DNA from: Elusimicrobiota bacterium
GTDB taxonomy: Bacteria; Elusimicrobiota; Elusimicrobia; F11
Length of the DNA stretch: 64,000 bases
Assembly (NCBI GenBank): GCA_044221725.1
Contig: JBGAON010000002.1
Coordinates: 224,001 to 288,000 of the forward strand
Direction: 5' to 3'
This document shows positions 1-9,926 of the stretch, piece after piece. Both the position numbers and the translations under genes were made by a program. Position 1 is the first letter of the stretch; the number at the start of each line of letters is the position of its first letter. Below the pieces are notes generated by a model, which made no database searches, had not been told where the DNA came from, and was given only the letters and a program-made list of their open reading frames with translations.

Positions 1-96
1 TCGATCGCGCTTCCGGTGGGGCCGCATCTATCAAACGACGACCTCGATTATGTGGGCGAATCGTTCGTGAAGGTCGTAACGGAGATATTGAAATGA
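1..96 (+). CDS. C-terminus of a probable DegT/DnrJ/EryC1/StrS sugar aminotransferase (5'-truncated)
   Basis: Frame 1 reads SIALPVGPHLSNDDLDYVGESFVKVVTEILK*, the typical LP-x-x-P-x-L C-terminal signature; its TGA overlaps the next ATG. Confidence 0.65.
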   Translation, partial: SIALPVGPHLSNDDLDYVGESFVKVVTEILK

Positions 97-1127
97 GCGC
101 AGATATCGAATTAAAAAAACGTCGCATTGTTCTCGTGGGAGGGGCGGGGTTCATCGGGCACAACCTCGCGATGTATCTCACGCGATTGGGAGCCGAGGTT
201 CACATTATTGACGGGCTGCAAGTGAACAATCTGCTGTGGTTCTCCTCCGGATATTCGGGTGGTTCAAACAGTGAGATGTATTTGAAATTCATCAATCAAC
301 GGTTGGATATGCTGAAGAAAGAGAAAATCCCACTCTACGTTCAGGATGTCCGCGATTATCACGCGTTCACGCGGTTGATGGGGAATATCAAACCGCATGT
401 CGTCGTTCACTTGGCGGCGGTGTCTCACGCGGGCCGCTCGAACAAAGATCCGTACAGCACATTCGATCACAGCTTGCGGACGCTCGAGAACGCACTCGAC
501 ATGAGCCGCGGCTCGATTGAACATTTCATTTATTTTTCGTCGAGCATGGTGTACGGAAATTTTCTTACGCCGGAAGTCGACGAGAAACACGTGTTGGAGC
601 CGATCGGTATTTACGGCGCATTGAAGGTGGCCGGCGAGAAGATGGTGATTGCGTACAACCAAGTGTTCGATTTGCCTTACACCATTATTCGGCCGTCGGC
701 GCTGTACGGTCCACGCTGCGTCAGTGGTCGCGTGGGGCAGCTTTTTATCGAGGCGGCGCTGGCCGAGAAGCCTCTTAAAGTCTACGGCGACGGTAAAGAA
801 AAACTCGATTTCACGTACATCGACGATCTTTGCCACGGCGTGGCGTTGACAATTCAAAAGCCGGCGGCGAAGAATCAAATTTTCAATCTGACCTACGGCC
901 AGTCGCGCTCCGTTGATGAACTTCTGAGTATTCTTAAAAAAGAGTTTCCAAAAATGAAAATCGAACAGTTGGACCGCGACAAGTTAATGCCGTTCCGCGG
1001 CACGCTGAGCATCGAAAAAGCACGCCAACTTCTCGGATACAAGCCGGATCATCCCATTGAAATCGGATTCCCAAAATATGTTGACTGGTATCGGTCGTTG
1101 TTGAAAGGCGAAATAGGGTCAAAATGA
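93..1127 (+). CDS. NAD-dependent nucleotide-sugar epimerase/dehydratase (extended SDR)
   Basis: GGAGFIG Rossmann motif, HLAA, SSSMVYG, YGALK (YxxxK). Confidence 0.9.
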   Translation: MSADIELKKRRIVLVGGAGFIGHNLAMYLTRLGAEVHIIDGLQVNNLLWFSSGYSGGSNSEMYLKFINQRLDMLKKEKIPLYVQDVRDYHAFTRLMGNIKPHVVVHLAAVSHAGRSNKDPYSTFDHSLRTLENALDMSRGSIEHFIYFSSSMVYGNFLTPEVDEKHVLEPIGIYGALKVAGEKMVIAYNQVFDLPYTIIRPSALYGPRCVSGRVGQLFIEAALAEKPLKVYGDGKEKLDFTYIDDLCHGVALTIQKPAAKNQIFNLTYGQSRSVDELLSILKKEFPKMKIEQLDRDKLMPFRGTLSIEKARQLLGYKPDHPIEIGFPKYVDWYRSLLKGEIGSK

Positions 1128-2065
1128 AAATTGTCTTCTGGGGCAACGGGACGCGCGGGGAGAAATGCCTGCAGGCCATTGTGTCGGCGGGCTTTGACGT
1201 TGCTTGTGTTGTGCTTCATCCATCCAAAGGAAAACCGTCGGCGCTCTTTCACGAAGCGCAGCAACTGGGTCTGAACATCGTAACTCCGGACGATCCTCAC
1301 GCGCCCGATGTCGTGTCTCAACTCAAATCTCTAAACGCCGATGTATTCGTGTTGGCTGGTTACGGAAAAATTATCGATGCGCGACTAATTGATATTCCAA
1401 AGAAAATGACCATCAATCTGCACGCTGGAAAATTGCCGGAGTATCGCGGGTCGTCGCCTCTTAACTGGGCGCTCATCAACGGGCAATCGAGCGTGACATT
1501 GTCGGTCATAAAGGTGGATCCTGGCGTCGACAGTGGCGACGTGCTCGTCGAAAAGAGAATTCCGGTCAACACGAAAACCACGATTCGCGACGTGCACGAC
1601 AAAGCCAATGTCTGTTTCCCCCAGTTATTGAGCGGAATTTTAGAGAAGCTTTCAAAAAACAAGAAGATTCCAGTCCGCAAGCAGGATCCAAAAAAAGCCG
1701 GTTATTACCCACTGCGTTTCCCGGAAGACGGAATCATCTTGTGGGACACGCTCACACACATGCAAATCCACAACCGGATTCGCGCGTTGACCGAGCCTTA
1801 TCCGATGGCGTTCACTTATTTCAATGGTCGCCGCGTCAATTTGTTGGCGTCCGAAATTTACGAAAAGCAATTTTTCGGTGAACCGGGGCGAATTTATTTG
1901 AAAACGTCGCGCGGACTTTTGATTGGCGCGCAAGATCGCTGTTTGTGGATCACGAGCGCGGTGTTTGCCGATAACGGGAAACCGCTGGCAGACGAAGTGA
2001 AGCGTTATGATTCGCTTGCGACGGTGCGCGGGGCCGTCGCGCAGTGGCAGGAAAACTTGAAATGA
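1124..2065 (+). CDS. Fmt-like (sugar) N-formyltransferase
   Basis: INLHAGKLPEYRGSSP, VDPGVDSGD, C-terminal NRIRALTEPYPMAF Fmt domain. Confidence 0.85.
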   Translation: MKIVFWGNGTRGEKCLQAIVSAGFDVACVVLHPSKGKPSALFHEAQQLGLNIVTPDDPHAPDVVSQLKSLNADVFVLAGYGKIIDARLIDIPKKMTINLHAGKLPEYRGSSPLNWALINGQSSVTLSVIKVDPGVDSGDVLVEKRIPVNTKTTIRDVHDKANVCFPQLLSGILEKLSKNKKIPVRKQDPKKAGYYPLRFPEDGIILWDTLTHMQIHNRIRALTEPYPMAFTYFNGRRVNLLASEIYEKQFFGEPGRIYLKTSRGLLIGAQDRCLWITSAVFADNGKPLADEVKRYDSLATVRGAVAQWQENLK

Positions 2066-3063
2066 AAATCGGAAACGTCGACACCGATAAGAAAGTGCTG
2101 ATTGTGGCTGAGATAGGAAATAATCACGAGGGAAATTTTGAGGTTGCGCAAAAGTTGCTGCAGCAGGCGGTCGCTTGCGGCGTGGATGCCGTGAAATTCC
2201 AAACATTCCGGACCGAGCATTATGTAGCGCGATCGGACGAGTCGCGGTTTAATCGCTTAAAGTCGTTTGAATTCACGGCCGATCAATTCCGTTTGTTGGA
2301 AAAACTCGCGCGGTCGTTGAACGTGTTGTTCCTTTCGACACCGTTTGACCTTGTTAGTGTGGACGTGCTCGCACCGCTCGTTGATGCGTTTAAAGTTTCC
2401 AGTGGTGACTTTTCATTTTTTCCGTTGATCGCGCGCGTACTCAAAACAAAGAAGCCGGTTATTTTCTCCACGGGTGTGAGCGACGTGGCGCTCATCGACG
2501 AAGTAGCGAAATTCGTCCGCAACGAAGCTGCGGATCCCAGTAAGATTGCTTTTCTGCACTGCGTGAGCAGCTATCCGGTTCCACCCGAACAGGCAAACCT
2601 CAACTCCATTTCGTTTCTAAAAAATCATGTTCCGTTCACGGTCGGATACTCGGATCATACGATTGGCGTGGAGGCCGCCGTGGCCTCGGTGGCCGCGGGT
2701 GCCCGAATTGTCGAAAAACATTTTACGCTCGATAAAAACTACTCGTCGTTTCGCGACCATCAATTGTCCGCGGACCCGGCCGACATGAAACTTATGGTTC
2801 AACGAATTCGGCTCGTTGAGTCGATGCTGGGAAACGAGGGAAAAACGGTTCAGCCAAGTGAGGAGGCCGGCGTAATTGCGTTTCGTCGCTCCATCGTGGC
2901 GGCAAAAGATTTGTCAAAAGGATCGGTCATTCAAGCGGATGATTTGACCTGGGTTCGCCCCGCCGGTGGGTTGGCTCCGGGCAGGGAGAGTTTGTTGATC
3001 GGAAAGAAATTGGTGCGCGATGTCAGCGCTGGGCATCGCTTTGAGGCTGGTGATGTCCATTAA
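2062..3063 (+). CDS. neuB: NeuB-family nonulosonic acid synthase with C-terminal SAF domain
   Basis: IVAEIGNNHEG, AVKFQ, LHCVSSYP, GYSDHT, VEKHFTLD, RRSIVAAKDL; start taken at the ATG overlapping the upstream stop. Confidence 0.9.
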   Translation: MKIGNVDTDKKVLIVAEIGNNHEGNFEVAQKLLQQAVACGVDAVKFQTFRTEHYVARSDESRFNRLKSFEFTADQFRLLEKLARSLNVLFLSTPFDLVSVDVLAPLVDAFKVSSGDFSFFPLIARVLKTKKPVIFSTGVSDVALIDEVAKFVRNEAADPSKIAFLHCVSSYPVPPEQANLNSISFLKNHVPFTVGYSDHTIGVEAAVASVAAGARIVEKHFTLDKNYSSFRDHQLSADPADMKLMVQRIRLVESMLGNEGKTVQPSEEAGVIAFRRSIVAAKDLSKGSVIQADDLTWVRPAGGLAPGRESLLIGKKLVRDVSAGHRFEAGDVH

Positions 3064-3769
3064 TATCGTTTTGTTAACCACGGACACCAGTCATCATTTG
3101 TATTTCGCGTGGAAGATTCACGAGCGTTTTCCGTTGACCGGAATTTTGACGGAGACGAACGTGTTGAAAGCCGGCTTCGACACCGCGCATCCGTTGGAAA
3201 ACAAACGCGACGAATTTGAACGTTCGACGTTGCTAAAAGGTGCGCCCGCGACCCTTCGCGATATTGCCGAAACTGTTGGGGTCGGGAACACAAACGATGC
3301 GGACGCGCTGGTGCGTTTGAACCGTTGGGCGCCCGATTGGATTTTGGTGTTCGGTACGGGATTGCTGAAAAAAGCGGTGATTCAAAAACCCAAGAAAGGG
3401 ATTCTCAATCTTCATGGTGGGGATTCCGAGCGTTACCGCGGGCTTGATAGTCACTATTGGACGATCTATCACCGCGATTTTGCGCATCTGACGACCACGT
3501 TGCACGTTGTTGACGAGACATTTGATACCGGAAACATCGTTGGCCAAAAAACGTTGGCGCTTAAGCGCGGTATGGAACTGTTTCAACTGCGCGCATTAAA
3601 CACGCAGGCTTGCGTGGATCTCAGCTTAATGGCGCTTGAGGAAGCCGCAACAACATCCGCGGTGCGCTCGCGCAAACAAAAAGAGCAGGGCCGATATTAT
3701 TCGTTTATGCCATCGGTTCTCAAAGACGTTTGCGTGAAAAACTTCAACGAGCATGTGGCACGTCTATGA
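3053..3769 (+). CDS. Second formyltransferase (Formyl_trans_N domain only)
   Basis: GILNLHGG...YRGLDS, LHVVDETFDTGNIV. Confidence 0.8.
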   Translation: MSINIVLLTTDTSHHLYFAWKIHERFPLTGILTETNVLKAGFDTAHPLENKRDEFERSTLLKGAPATLRDIAETVGVGNTNDADALVRLNRWAPDWILVFGTGLLKKAVIQKPKKGILNLHGGDSERYRGLDSHYWTIYHRDFAHLTTTLHVVDETFDTGNIVGQKTLALKRGMELFQLRALNTQACVDLSLMALEEAATTSAVRSRKQKEQGRYYSFMPSVLKDVCVKNFNEHVARL

Positions 3770-4674
3770 GAAGCTACGCAAAACAATTGGATGAGAAAAA
3801 ACTGCTGATCTTGCTTTTTCATGGTGTGATTCCGAAGAACGAACATCCGGTGCGTAACTACACGGCCAAACACATCACGCGCTCGTATTTTTCTGCGATT
3901 CTCAAAGATCTTACGGACGCCGGTGGCGTTGGCCTTTCGATGGCAAACGTTTTGGCGTTGCGGGAAAGGAATAATCCGTGGCCGCGACGCGCTTTCGCGA
4001 TTACGTTCGATGACGGATTCGAAAATAATTTCAGTGTGGCCGCGCCGATTCTTGAGCAAATGAAAATTCCGGCGACGTTCTATGTCACGACGAAATTTGT
4101 TGACGCGGGAGAGTGTTCGTGGATCGATCGAATCGAATACGCCGTGGAGATGGCCGCGGTTTGCAAAATCGATTATCCCGAACTGAAAATTCTGGGCACA
4201 TTTAAATCGGATTCCGAGAAGATCGAGCTTTTGAAACAAATCCGCGCTCAAGTGAAGTCCAATAAAAGCGTGGATCCGTACGAAGTGGCCGATGAGATCA
4301 ATCGCCAATGCGGTGCGAAGGCAATGGTTCCCGATCGATATTTGGACGCGAAGATGAGTTGGGATCAGGTGCGCGCGCTGCAGAAAAATCCGCTGTTTAC
4401 CGTCGGCGGACATGGGCATACGCATCGCATTCTCTCGTACTTGAGCGGGAACGATCTCAAAAGCGAATTGGACAAAAGCTTCGATCTGTTAAAAAAGAAT
4501 CTTGCCTCCCCGATCGAGCATTACTCGTATCCCGAAGGCCTCAAGTCGTGTTACTCGTCGGCTGTCATTGATGCGCTGAAGCATCGCGGCATTCGATGTT
4601 GCCCCAGCGCCGAGGATGGCCTGAACACGATAAGCGAAGATTTGTTTGAGTTGAAGCGCGTGATGGTGAACTAG
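3766..4674 (+). CDS. Polysaccharide deacetylase (CE4 family)
   Basis: ITFDDG, PATFYV, GGHGHTH, YSYPEG. Confidence 0.88.
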   Translation: MRSYAKQLDEKKLLILLFHGVIPKNEHPVRNYTAKHITRSYFSAILKDLTDAGGVGLSMANVLALRERNNPWPRRAFAITFDDGFENNFSVAAPILEQMKIPATFYVTTKFVDAGECSWIDRIEYAVEMAAVCKIDYPELKILGTFKSDSEKIELLKQIRAQVKSNKSVDPYEVADEINRQCGAKAMVPDRYLDAKMSWDQVRALQKNPLFTVGGHGHTHRILSYLSGNDLKSELDKSFDLLKKNLASPIEHYSYPEGLKSCYSSAVIDALKHRGIRCCPSAEDGLNTISEDLFELKRVMVN

Positions 4675-4676
4675 CG

Positions 4677-6506
4677 ATGTGTGGTATTGCAGGATATTTT
4701 GGGCCGCGAAGAATTGACGATTCGGCGGTCGAGAATTGCCTTAAGTTAATGGGGCGCCGCGGCCCGGATCACGCTGCAGCCTATCGTTCCACACTGACCG
4801 ACAACGGAGAGGTCCTGCTTCTGCACACGCGGTTGAACATTATCGATTTGGATCCCCGATCGAATCAACCGTTCCGCGAAGGGAAAAAAGTGATCGTGTT
4901 TAACGGCGAGATCTACAACTATCTTGAAATGCGGCGGGAGCTCGAGGCGCAGGGGCGGACATTTCGAACATCATCGGACACCGAAGTTCTCATGCAGGCG
5001 ATTGAAACCGTCGGCTGGGATGCATTGGAAAAACTTGAGGGAATGTGGGCTTTCGCTTTTTACGACGAAGTTTCGAAATCGCTCGTGCTGTCGCGCGACC
5101 GGTTCGGCGAGAAGCCGCTGTACGTTTTTGAAGATGAAACGGGTTTGTACTTTGGTTCGGAAATTAAATTTATTTTCGCGCTGCTGGGGCGACGTTTGCC
5201 CGTCAATAGCAACCATGTTTGCCGTTATTTGGTGAATGGATACAAAGCGCTCTACAAAACGAACGAGCAGTTTTTCGTTGGATTGACGTCCGTCCCACGT
5301 GCCAGCTGCCAATCCATTGCCGTTGGAAATCGTTTCCATTGGACGTATTGGCAACCGCATTTCTCGCCGGACGAAAGCCTTTCGTTTGACGAGGCCGTGC
5401 ACGGTGTGCGGCACCGCCTGGAACAATCCGTGAAAATCCGTTTGCGCGCCGACGTGCCATTGGCCTTTTGTTTGAGCGGCGGTATCGATTCCAACTCAAT
5501 TATCGGCGTCGCGAAAAAAGTTTTTAACCAGGATGTTCATGCGTTCACGATCGTCACGAACGATGCGCGCTACGACGAAAATGAGATGGTCGCGGAGATG
5601 GTTCATGCGAATCATTTGAAGCATACGATCGTTTCCTTGGATCAAAAAGATTTCTTGCCGCATCTGCGCGAACAGGTTCGCTACCACGATTCGCCGGTGG
5701 CAACCATCAGTTATTACGTCCATTGGTTGCTTCAACAAGAGATTCGCCGAAACGGATATCGAATCTCGGTTAGTGGGACCGGCGCCGATGAAATATTTTC
5801 CGGCTATTTTGATCATCATCTGGCGTACCTCTATGAAATCCGCCAGGACCGCGTGCTTCACGATGCGCGACGAAAAGCCTGGGAACAAAACGTGCGGCCG
5901 CTGGTCCGCAATCCGTATCTCAGCGACGCCGATTTGTTTGTGAAGAACCGAAGCTTTCGGGATCACATCTTCTTGCAGGCGGATGATTTTTCCAATTGCT
6001 TGGTAAAACATTGGAGCGAAGCGTTTTCGGAAGAGCGTTACACAGACGATCTGCTGCGCAATCGCATGTTAAACGAAATGTTTCATGAGGTGGTCCCCGT
6101 GATCTTGCACGAGGATGACTTGAATGCAATGTATCATTCAATTGAAAACCGCTCCCCGTTTCTCGATCGCACTCTTTTTGAATTTGCGCTCAGAATTCCG
6201 ACGCGGCACCTTATCCAGAACGGTCGAGCAAAATATGTGCTGCGTGAAGCCATGCGCGGTATTGTGCCGGACGCAATCTTGGATAACGCCCGCAAGGTCG
6301 GATTTAACGCGTCAATTAATTCTCTATTGAATATGTCGGATCCACACGTGCAGACAGAATTGTTCGCCGATAGTCCTGTGTTTGATTATGTCGATCGCGA
6401 AAAGATCCGTCCGTATCTCCAAAAGGCGGCGATGCCAAACAGCGAAAGCAAATTCGTTTTTAATTTTGTGAACGCCAAATTGTTTCTTGAGGAGTTCGCG
6501 GCCTAG
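4677..6506 (+). CDS. asnB: Asparagine synthase (glutamine-hydrolysing)-type amidotransferase, probably acting on a sugar carboxylate
   Basis: MCGIAG Ntn nucleophile, RGPD, FNGEIYN, RDRFGEKPLY, LSGGIDS, SGTGADE, ENRSPFLD. Confidence 0.92.
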   Translation: MCGIAGYFGPRRIDDSAVENCLKLMGRRGPDHAAAYRSTLTDNGEVLLLHTRLNIIDLDPRSNQPFREGKKVIVFNGEIYNYLEMRRELEAQGRTFRTSSDTEVLMQAIETVGWDALEKLEGMWAFAFYDEVSKSLVLSRDRFGEKPLYVFEDETGLYFGSEIKFIFALLGRRLPVNSNHVCRYLVNGYKALYKTNEQFFVGLTSVPRASCQSIAVGNRFHWTYWQPHFSPDESLSFDEAVHGVRHRLEQSVKIRLRADVPLAFCLSGGIDSNSIIGVAKKVFNQDVHAFTIVTNDARYDENEMVAEMVHANHLKHTIVSLDQKDFLPHLREQVRYHDSPVATISYYVHWLLQQEIRRNGYRISVSGTGADEIFSGYFDHHLAYLYEIRQDRVLHDARRKAWEQNVRPLVRNPYLSDADLFVKNRSFRDHIFLQADDFSNCLVKHWSEAFSEERYTDDLLRNRMLNEMFHEVVPVILHEDDLNAMYHSIENRSPFLDRTLFEFALRIPTRHLIQNGRAKYVLREAMRGIVPDAILDNARKVGFNASINSLLNMSDPHVQTELFADSPVFDYVDREKIRPYLQKAAMPNSESKFVFNFVNAKLFLEEFAA

Positions 6507-6507
6507 T

Positions 6508-7158
6508 ATGGAAACAGATTTTCAAACCCAAAAGGATACGTCCGCGTCCCGCGTTGTTGTAGTCGATTACGGGTTGGGAAATCTGCGGTCTGTGGTCGGC
6601 GCCGTCGAACGCGTTGGTTATCCGGTGACGGTGTCGAGCAGCAAGGATGATATCGCTCGCGCGACGAAGATTATTTTGCCCGGCGTGGGCGCGTTCGGAG
6701 ACGGCATGTCGAAACTAACAGAACGTGGATTGATTGATCCATTAAATCGCGCGGTCCTCGAGAAAAAGACACCGGTGTTGGGTATTTGTCTTGGGTTTCA
6801 GCTTTTCGCAAATGAAAGTTACGAATTTGGCCATCACAAGGGATTGGGATGGGTCGATGGTTCGGTGGTGCGCATTGAACCAAGCGATAAACGACTGCGC
6901 GTTCCACATGTTGGGTGGGATGATCTGGATCAGCAGGACGATAGGCTGTTCGCGGGGATTCCCGCCGATGGTTTGTTCTACTTTGTGCACAGCTTCTTCA
7001 TGAAATGCAATCAACCGGAGAATGTGAAGGCGCGCTGTCACTACGGCGTGCCGATGGACGTGGTTTTCCATCGCGAAAATATTTACGGTACGCAATTCCA
7101 TCCCGAAAAGAGTCAGCTGAATGGTTTGGTGTTGCTGAGGAATTTTCTCGATGCTTAA
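6508..7158 (+). CDS. hisH: HisH-like glutamine amidotransferase (WbuY type)
   Basis: DYGLGNL, LPGVGAF, GICLGFQ, FYFVHS, QFHPEKS. Confidence 0.9.
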   Translation: METDFQTQKDTSASRVVVVDYGLGNLRSVVGAVERVGYPVTVSSSKDDIARATKIILPGVGAFGDGMSKLTERGLIDPLNRAVLEKKTPVLGICLGFQLFANESYEFGHHKGLGWVDGSVVRIEPSDKRLRVPHVGWDDLDQQDDRLFAGIPADGLFYFVHSFFMKCNQPENVKARCHYGVPMDVVFHRENIYGTQFHPEKSQLNGLVLLRNFLDA

Positions 7159-7897
7159 GAAGCGTCTGATCATTGTGCTGACTTTTAATGACGGTGTTCT
7201 GTTTCGGACCAAGGTGTTTCATCCGGATTACCGGTACACCAGCAATTTCGTCGATGCGTGGTCCGTGGACGAAATTGTGATGTTGGACGTGACGCGGCCT
7301 GGAAACGGAAGCCCATCCAACTTTTACGACGCTGTGGAGCGTATGGCAAAAAAGTGTTTTGTTCCGTTGGCTGTTGGCGGTGGGGTGAGAAACATTTCTG
7401 ACTTCAAAAATCTTTTGGGTCTCGGGGCAGATAAAGTAGTAATTAATTCGCAGGCGCTCGAGACGCCGACGTTTATCTCCGAAGCAGCGAATTTGTACGG
7501 ATCGCAGTGCGTGGTTGTTTCAATCGATGCAAAAATGAACGCGTCCGGTAAATACGAGGTGTATTCGCATCAGGGAACTCGAGCGACGGGCCTTGGTCCT
7601 GTTGAATGGGCGCTGCAATCGGAGCGGGCGGGGGCCGGCGAAATACTGATCACGAGCATCGAGCGGGACGGTTCGCTCGAAGGATACGATAACCGGTTGA
7701 ACCGCATGGTGTCCGATGCGGTTGAAATCCCGGTGCTCGTTTGTGGCGGCGCGGGGAAATGGGTAGATTTCGTGGACGGTTTTGTCGAGGGCGGCGCGAG
7801 CGCCGTTTGCACGACGAACATTTATCACTTTACAGAAACAAGCATTAAGAGCGCTAAGGCTTATCTGCTGGAAAATGGAATCGATGTTCGTAAGTAG
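7151..7897 (+). CDS. hisF: HisF-like cyclase subunit (WbuZ/AglZ type)
   Basis: MLKKRLI, VPLAVGGG, GADKV, GAGEILITSIERDG; sits in a glycan locus next to a WbuX-like gene. Confidence 0.88.
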   Translation: MLKKRLIIVLTFNDGVLFRTKVFHPDYRYTSNFVDAWSVDEIVMLDVTRPGNGSPSNFYDAVERMAKKCFVPLAVGGGVRNISDFKNLLGLGADKVVINSQALETPTFISEAANLYGSQCVVVSIDAKMNASGKYEVYSHQGTRATGLGPVEWALQSERAGAGEILITSIERDGSLEGYDNRLNRMVSDAVEIPVLVCGGAGKWVDFVDGFVEGGASAVCTTNIYHFTETSIKSAKAYLLENGIDVRK

Positions 7898-7917
7898 AGG
7901 CCGATAACAGGAATCCT

Positions 7918-9027
7918 ATGGTCATTTATTGCAAACGATGTCTCATGCCGAACACGCGTCCGCGAATTGGATTTGATACCGAAGGCGTTTGCAACGCGTG
8001 CAAGAACGCCGACGAAAAAAAGAAAATCGATTGGGCGGCGCGAAAAAAAGAGTTCCTTTCCATTGTGGAACCGTATCGATCGAAAAAGGGTGAATGGGAT
8101 TGCGTTGTGCCTTGGAGTGGCGGCAAAGACAGTAGCGCCATTGCCTACCATTTGAAATTCGAACTGGGAATGAACCCGTTGTTGGTCACCTTTTCGCCGC
8201 TCATGCCCACGGATGTCGGATGGCACAACCGCCAAGCGCTGGTGAATCTCGGGTTCGATCACATCTTTTTTAATCCGGATCAACGCGTGTCGCGTCATTT
8301 GGCGCGGAGGTTTTTTAAGGAGCGCGGCAATCATAAGGTCGCGTGGGACGCCGGAATTAACGCGATTCCAGTCCAAGTGGCCGTGAATTACAAAATACCG
8401 CTCGTGTTTTACGCGGAACATGGGGAAAGTGAATACGGCGGAAAGGTGCTCAACGAAGAATCGAAAAAAATCCGCAACTTTACCGAGGTCATTGAACATC
8501 AAATCGGCGACGATCCTCGCAACTGGGTTGACGACACGGTCAGCGCAAAAAATCTGAATCCTTATTTGTATCCCGATGCTCACCGCGTGCAAGAGGTTGG
8601 CGTGAAAGCGCTCTACTTTGCTTATTTCTTTCGGTGGAGTATGCTCGAAAACTATCAATACATTAAGACGAAGTTTGATTTTAAAACGAGCCCTCTGGGT
8701 CGAACGAACGGCACCTTCACGGATTTCGACAGCTTGGACGACAAAGTCGACAATCTGTACTACTATCTGCAATTCATTAAGTTTGGCTTCGGTCGCGCGG
8801 TCCGTGACGCCTGTCGCATGATTCAAAACGATCAGATGACACGCGAGGAGGGGTTGGCGTTGGCCCAGAAATACGACGACGAGTTTCCGTCGGAATATTT
8901 TGATGAGGTCTTGGATTTTCTTGGTTTGAGCAAAGACGAGTTCGAAAAGTTGATCGATCAACATCGGAATGCCGAAATTTGGAAGAAAGAGGGCGGTCGT
9001 TGGGTCTTGCGCCATCCGCTGAAATAA
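7918..9027 (+). CDS. N-acetyl sugar amidotransferase (WbuX/PseA family)
   Basis: CKRCLMPNTRP, GVCNAC, SGGKDS PP-loop, KFGFGRA. Confidence 0.88.
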   Translation: MVIYCKRCLMPNTRPRIGFDTEGVCNACKNADEKKKIDWAARKKEFLSIVEPYRSKKGEWDCVVPWSGGKDSSAIAYHLKFELGMNPLLVTFSPLMPTDVGWHNRQALVNLGFDHIFFNPDQRVSRHLARRFFKERGNHKVAWDAGINAIPVQVAVNYKIPLVFYAEHGESEYGGKVLNEESKKIRNFTEVIEHQIGDDPRNWVDDTVSAKNLNPYLYPDAHRVQEVGVKALYFAYFFRWSMLENYQYIKTKFDFKTSPLGRTNGTFTDFDSLDDKVDNLYYYLQFIKFGFGRAVRDACRMIQNDQMTREEGLALAQKYDDEFPSEYFDEVLDFLGLSKDEFEKLIDQHRNAEIWKKEGGRWVLRHPLK

Positions 9028-9043
9028 AAATCAAGGAGACACA

Positions 9044-9919
9044 ATGAAACGAAACGGATACACCGAATTTCCCTGCGACGTCTGTTTAAGCAAGGATGCT
9101 GTCGAGGTGCCTCACAGTCGGGAATATTCCCGTAACGAGCCAATCCACATTTGTAAGCAGTGCGGCTTTGTTTACGTGAAGCTTCGTCGTCCTCCGCAAA
9201 AAATCGCCGATGTGTGGTCCAAAGATATTTTTCAGAAAGGATACACGGCGCATATTCCGCACGTTCTCGCCCGACAAACGTTCGTGGCGGGTACGTTGGA
9301 CAATCACGTGAAACTCCGGGGAAAAAGCGTCTGCGACATTGGCGCCGGTGAAGGACAGTTTCTCGACATTGTTCGGGACCGCAAATACGGCGCGTCGGTG
9401 TTCGGCATTGAGCCGTCGGAGTACAATTGCAAACTGCTCAAGTCGATGAGCATTCCCTATTTTCACGGGAGCATGGAGGCGTTCTTAAAAAGCCCCGAGC
9501 GAAACAATTATCGTGCGGATGTCGTGACGATTATGTGGACGCTCGAGAATTGCCAGAACCCTCGCGGCATACTGAAGGCAGCCTACGGTCTCCTCAAAGA
9601 AGATGGATACATTGTCCTCGCGACCGGAAGCCGGATTCTTGTGCCGTTTAAGAAGCCGCTGAACATGTACATCAGCAAAAACGGGGCCGACACGCACGCC
9701 ACGCATTACAGTGCAAACTCCTTGCGCGGAATTCTCGCCGAATCGCATTTTGAAACGACGTTCATCAATCGTTATTTGGATAACGATATCTTGTGTGTGA
9801 TCGCGAAGAAACGCCCGCTGAGCAAAAAGATTGCGCGCGAAACCGACAATTATTTGGACGTGTACAACTTCTTTGAGCGTTGGCACGCCGACACGCAGGT
9901 CTATTACAAGGGGCGATGA
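9044..9919 (+). CDS. Class I SAM-dependent methyltransferase with N-terminal Zn ribbon
   Basis: CDVC...CKQCG, DIGAGEG, GIEPS. Confidence 0.85.
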   Translation: MKRNGYTEFPCDVCLSKDAVEVPHSREYSRNEPIHICKQCGFVYVKLRRPPQKIADVWSKDIFQKGYTAHIPHVLARQTFVAGTLDNHVKLRGKSVCDIGAGEGQFLDIVRDRKYGASVFGIEPSEYNCKLLKSMSIPYFHGSMEAFLKSPERNNYRADVVTIMWTLENCQNPRGILKAAYGLLKEDGYIVLATGSRILVPFKKPLNMYISKNGADTHATHYSANSLRGILAESHFETTFINRYLDNDILCVIAKKRPLSKKIARETDNYLDVYNFFERWHADTQVYYKGR

Positions 9920-9926
9920 CACGCCT

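Noticed and set aside
6508..7897. Histidine biosynthesis operon
   Set aside because: No other his genes are present; adjacency to a WbuX-like gene indicates the glycan amidotransferase role
7861..9015. Long minus-strand ORFs (also 37849-38907, 44251-45192, 54450-55334, 35927-36814, 61378-62193)
   Set aside because: Antisense shadows of well-supported plus-strand genes, with no recognisable motifs
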